Shown one piece after another: positions 60,976 to 64,000 of a stretch of DNA of 64,000 nucleotides; positions within the stretch are counted from its first letter, which is position 1, and each line of letters opens with the position of its first letter. This DNA is from Tubulanus polymorphus (taxonomy: Eukaryota > Animalia > Nemertea), in contig NC_134033.1 in the NCBI RefSeq assembly GCF_964204645.1, forward strand, positions 1,012,131 through 1,076,130, written 5' to 3'. The notes under the pieces were generated by a model, which had not been told where the DNA came from, made no database searches, and saw nothing but the letters and a program-made list of their open reading frames with translations. A program made the position numbers and the translations under genes.

Positions 60976-63828
60976 CTAATCTACGAGTAATTCGAATCGT
61001 ACGCTGCCGAGTTTCAGTTGTTTGTTGTAGATGATGTTCGGCGCCTTGGCGACGCACTCGACCATGATGAGCACGTTCGCCTCGGGACTCTTGAACTGCA
61101 CCATGACGAGCGGCTGACGGTAACCGACCTGCGACAGGAACGGGAAGAAATACGACGGGAACTTGTTGCTCGGGTAGTACAGACGTTCGCCGATGTTGTC
61201 GATGTCGGCCGGGTTCTAGAAATAATGAACATAAAACTCATTAGTTTCATGTTTAGCGTTAAGCAAACACCCAGTTTTGGATCCAGTTCCACAGTTATGG
61301 ACCAAGTTCTACACTAAATTGTGGATACATTTCCACATTTGACATTCTGGATCCAGTTCCACATTTGACATTCTGGATCCACATTTGACATATTCTGGAT
61401 CCAGTTCCACAGTGGACATTCTGGATTCCTTTCCACAGTGGACATGTTCAGGAGCCAGATCTGCAATTGGTTCCAAAGCTCTGAATACAGTAAGTTTTCA
61501 GTAAGGAAATCCACCCGGAGCCACCCATCCGTGTGGATTCTGTCTGGAGCCATCCCCCTGATCCGATATTTGGATTTTCTCAGAACAAGCCAATGCGAGG
61601 GCATTTCGATATTCACGGAGCCACCCCTTCCATTTGATTATGTTGCAATTTGGACGTTCTCAGATCGGAACGACCCTCATATTACACGTCGATTGAGTGT
61701 TTTCAGATGAAACCATAGAGATGATAATTAACCTACCTCTCCGTGGCATTCAACTTCTACATCGGTGCCATTGAAAGGCTTCCAGCCGTACACCTACAAT
61801 ACAAACACAAAATCAATACAATCAATAATCAATAATAATCATCGTCTGCTCTGTTATTGATTTACAACAAACACACGCTATACATAGGTACACTAAACAC
61901 ACACACACACACACAGAGTGAGTAGAGATAGAGAGGAGGGAAAGGAGAGAGTAGTATTTAGAGAGGACAAGACCAGCAGAAGTGAGAGCAGAGAGGAGAC
62001 AGTGAAGCAAGGGTAAGAGGCTGAGAAAGTGAGAGGATAAAGAAGAGAAGAGAATGTAGAAGTGGCAGGGAGAGATGAGAGAGAAGTGAGATGGAGACAG
62101 TAAGAGAAGAGAGATGATAGAGAAGTGAGAGGGAGACAGTAACAGAAGTGAGAGGGAGAGAGAGGTGAGAGGGAGAGAGAGAGAAGTGAGAGGGAAACTG
62201 TAAGAGAAGAGAGATGAGAGAGAAGTGAGAGGGAGACAGTAACAGAAGTGAGAGGGAGGGAGAGAGAGAGAAGTGAGAGGGAGACTGTAAGAGAAGAGAG
62301 ATGAGAGAGAAGTGAGAGGGAGAGAGAGGTGAGAGGGAGAGAAGTGAGAGGGAGACTGTAAGAGAAGTGAGGGACAGTAAGAGAAGAGAGAGGGAGATAG
62401 TAAGAGAAGTGAGAAAGTGAGAGGAGGTAGTGAGAGCAGTAGTGAGAGGGAGAAAGAGAAGTGAGAGGGAGAGAGAGAGGGAAGTGAGAGGGAGACTGAA
62501 AGAGAAGTGAGGGACAGTAAGAGAAGTGAGAGGGAGAGAGAAGTGAGAGGGAGACTGTAAGAGAAGTGAGAGGACAGGAGTGAGAGGGAGAGAGAAGTGA
62601 GAGAGAGAAGTGAGAGGGAGACTAAGAGAAGTGAGAGGGACAGAGAAGTGAGAGGGAGAGAGAAGTGAGAGGAGGTACAGTGAGAGCAGTAGAGCGAGTA
62701 GAGTAGTTTAAGAGACTGACCTTGTTGAGTTTGAGTAGCACGCACGGTTCAGCCTTGTTATAACCGAAGTCTTGTTTATTGATGCAGGGATCGAGATCCT
62801 TCAGTTCGAACGTACAAACTTTCTGCGGGTCGTCGCTCGATCGTTTACCGTTTTCACACGTGATCACGTTCTCACCCTGAATATTATCCTGGTCGTATTC
62901 TACATATAATCAAATACAAGAGAAATTTTATCAGATATTTTCACCATTTTTATCAAAACTTAACAATATTCAAGGGTTTCATCGGGTCTTTTTTCACATT
63001 TAATGAGCTTTATAAATCACACCCAGTTCCACAGTTCTGTAACCAGTTTTTTTAGTTACTGGACCTAATTCCATAGTTGTGGACCCAGTTCCAGTTACAG
63101 TAGACTCAGTTCCACAGTTACTGGACCCAGTTACACAGTTACTGGACTCAGTTCCACAGTTACTGGATCCAGTTCCAGTTACTGGACTCACTTCCACAGT
63201 TACTGGACCAAGTTCCACAGTTACTGGACCCAGTTCCACAGTAAGTGGATCCAGTTCCACAGTTACTGAACCCAGTGTCACAGTTACTGGAATCAGTTCC
63301 ACAGTAACTGGAATCAGTTCCACAGTAACTGGATCCAGTTCCATAGTTACTGGACCAAGTGCCACAGTTACTAGACTCAGTTCCACAGTTACTGGACCAA
63401 GTGCCACAGTTACTAGAGACAGTTCCACAGTTCTGGGCTCAGTTCCACATTACTAGACTCAGTTCCACAGTTACTGGACCAAGTGCCACAGTTACTAGAG
63501 ACAGTTCCACAGTTCTGGGCTCAGTTCCACATTACTAGACTTGGTTCCACAGTTCTTAACCTGGTTTTAAAATTTGACCAGTTAAATCATTTGAAAGAGA
63601 ACTATATCAAAATCAAAACTGCGGAACTGGTTCCAGGTTTTCGAAGTCGAGGATAACGCCCTTAAAGATGGCCGCCTCCGTATAACTCCCCCTATGACAT
63701 CATCAGAACTAACTTACGTCGGAGGAATGCTTGTAAGTAATCGGTGTAGACTTTGTAGCTGCCTTTCTTGCCGGATTCGAATCGGATCAGCGTGTTCTCG
63801 TAGTTCGGCATCGGTTGAAATCCTAGAC
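60976..63828 (-). CDS. ATP1B: Na+/K+-ATPase beta subunit (nervana-like), 3' four exons; the 5' part lies outside the window
   Basis: Exons 63718-63828 (GLGFQPMP..TLIRF), 62721-62899 (..DFGYNKAEPCVLLKLNK), 61737-61793 (VYGWKP..VECHGE) and 60976-61215 (NPADIDNIG..YFFPFLSQVGYRQPLVMVQF..VECVAKAPNI..GSVRFELLVD*). Confidence 0.93.
61915..62700. repeat. GA-rich low-complexity intronic tract
   Basis: AGAAGTGAGAGGGAGA-type degenerate repeats. Confidence 0.95.
63020..63555. repeat. ACTGTGGAACTGG-family 21-bp tandem repeat (related array at 61278-61445)
   Basis: CAGTTCCACAGTTACTGGACC units. Confidence 0.92.
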
Positions 63829-64000
63829 CTGTCGCAACGGGAAAAAAACACGCGTTTCAGAACGCCGAAGACGTTTATCATCCGGAGGAAAACGATAACA
63901 TGGTTCCTACAGAACCATTGATATGAAATCTGAGGGGTATTTGAGGGGCTTTTGATGGTATGATCACTAAATTTGAGGGTCATTTTTCAAGATACAAAAA

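Noticed and set aside
61822-63456. Ser/Leu-rich and mucin-like ORFs
   Set aside because: Intronic GA-rich tract and 21-bp repeat inside the ATPase beta gene.

Overview
Eukaryotic, intron-containing, AT-rich animal genomic DNA; gene content suggests a lophotrochozoan-type invertebrate (inference). Six protein genes were reconstructed by hand from GT-AG boundaries and reading-frame phase: (1) a 4-exon GPI-anchored Ly6/three-finger protein (minus, 494-3665), whose first exon and promoter are tandemly duplicated and whose intron 1 holds a truncated Penelope-like retroelement with a minimal hammerhead ribozyme; (2) an intronless rhodopsin-class peptide-receptor-like GPCR (minus, 8820-9896); (3) an intronless membrane-anchored FkbM-family methyltransferase (plus, 25993-27123); (4) a 29-exon, about 2395-aa GCC2/GCC185 golgin (minus, 31474-47373); (5) an 11-exon DNAJC3/P58IPK (plus, 48917-54850), head-to-head with GCC2 and preceded by a perfect ERSE; (6) the 3' four exons of a Na+/K+-ATPase beta subunit (minus, 60976-63828). 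The rest is dense with MITEs and minisatellites. Recurring themes are MITEs whose ends or interiors have amplified into satellites, intronic tandem repeats that multiply a real 5' splice site, and repeats carrying CTCF-like or YY1-like motifs. There is no CRISPR array, rRNA or prokaryotic system. I cannot claim a wholly new system; the best candidates are ranked in findings.
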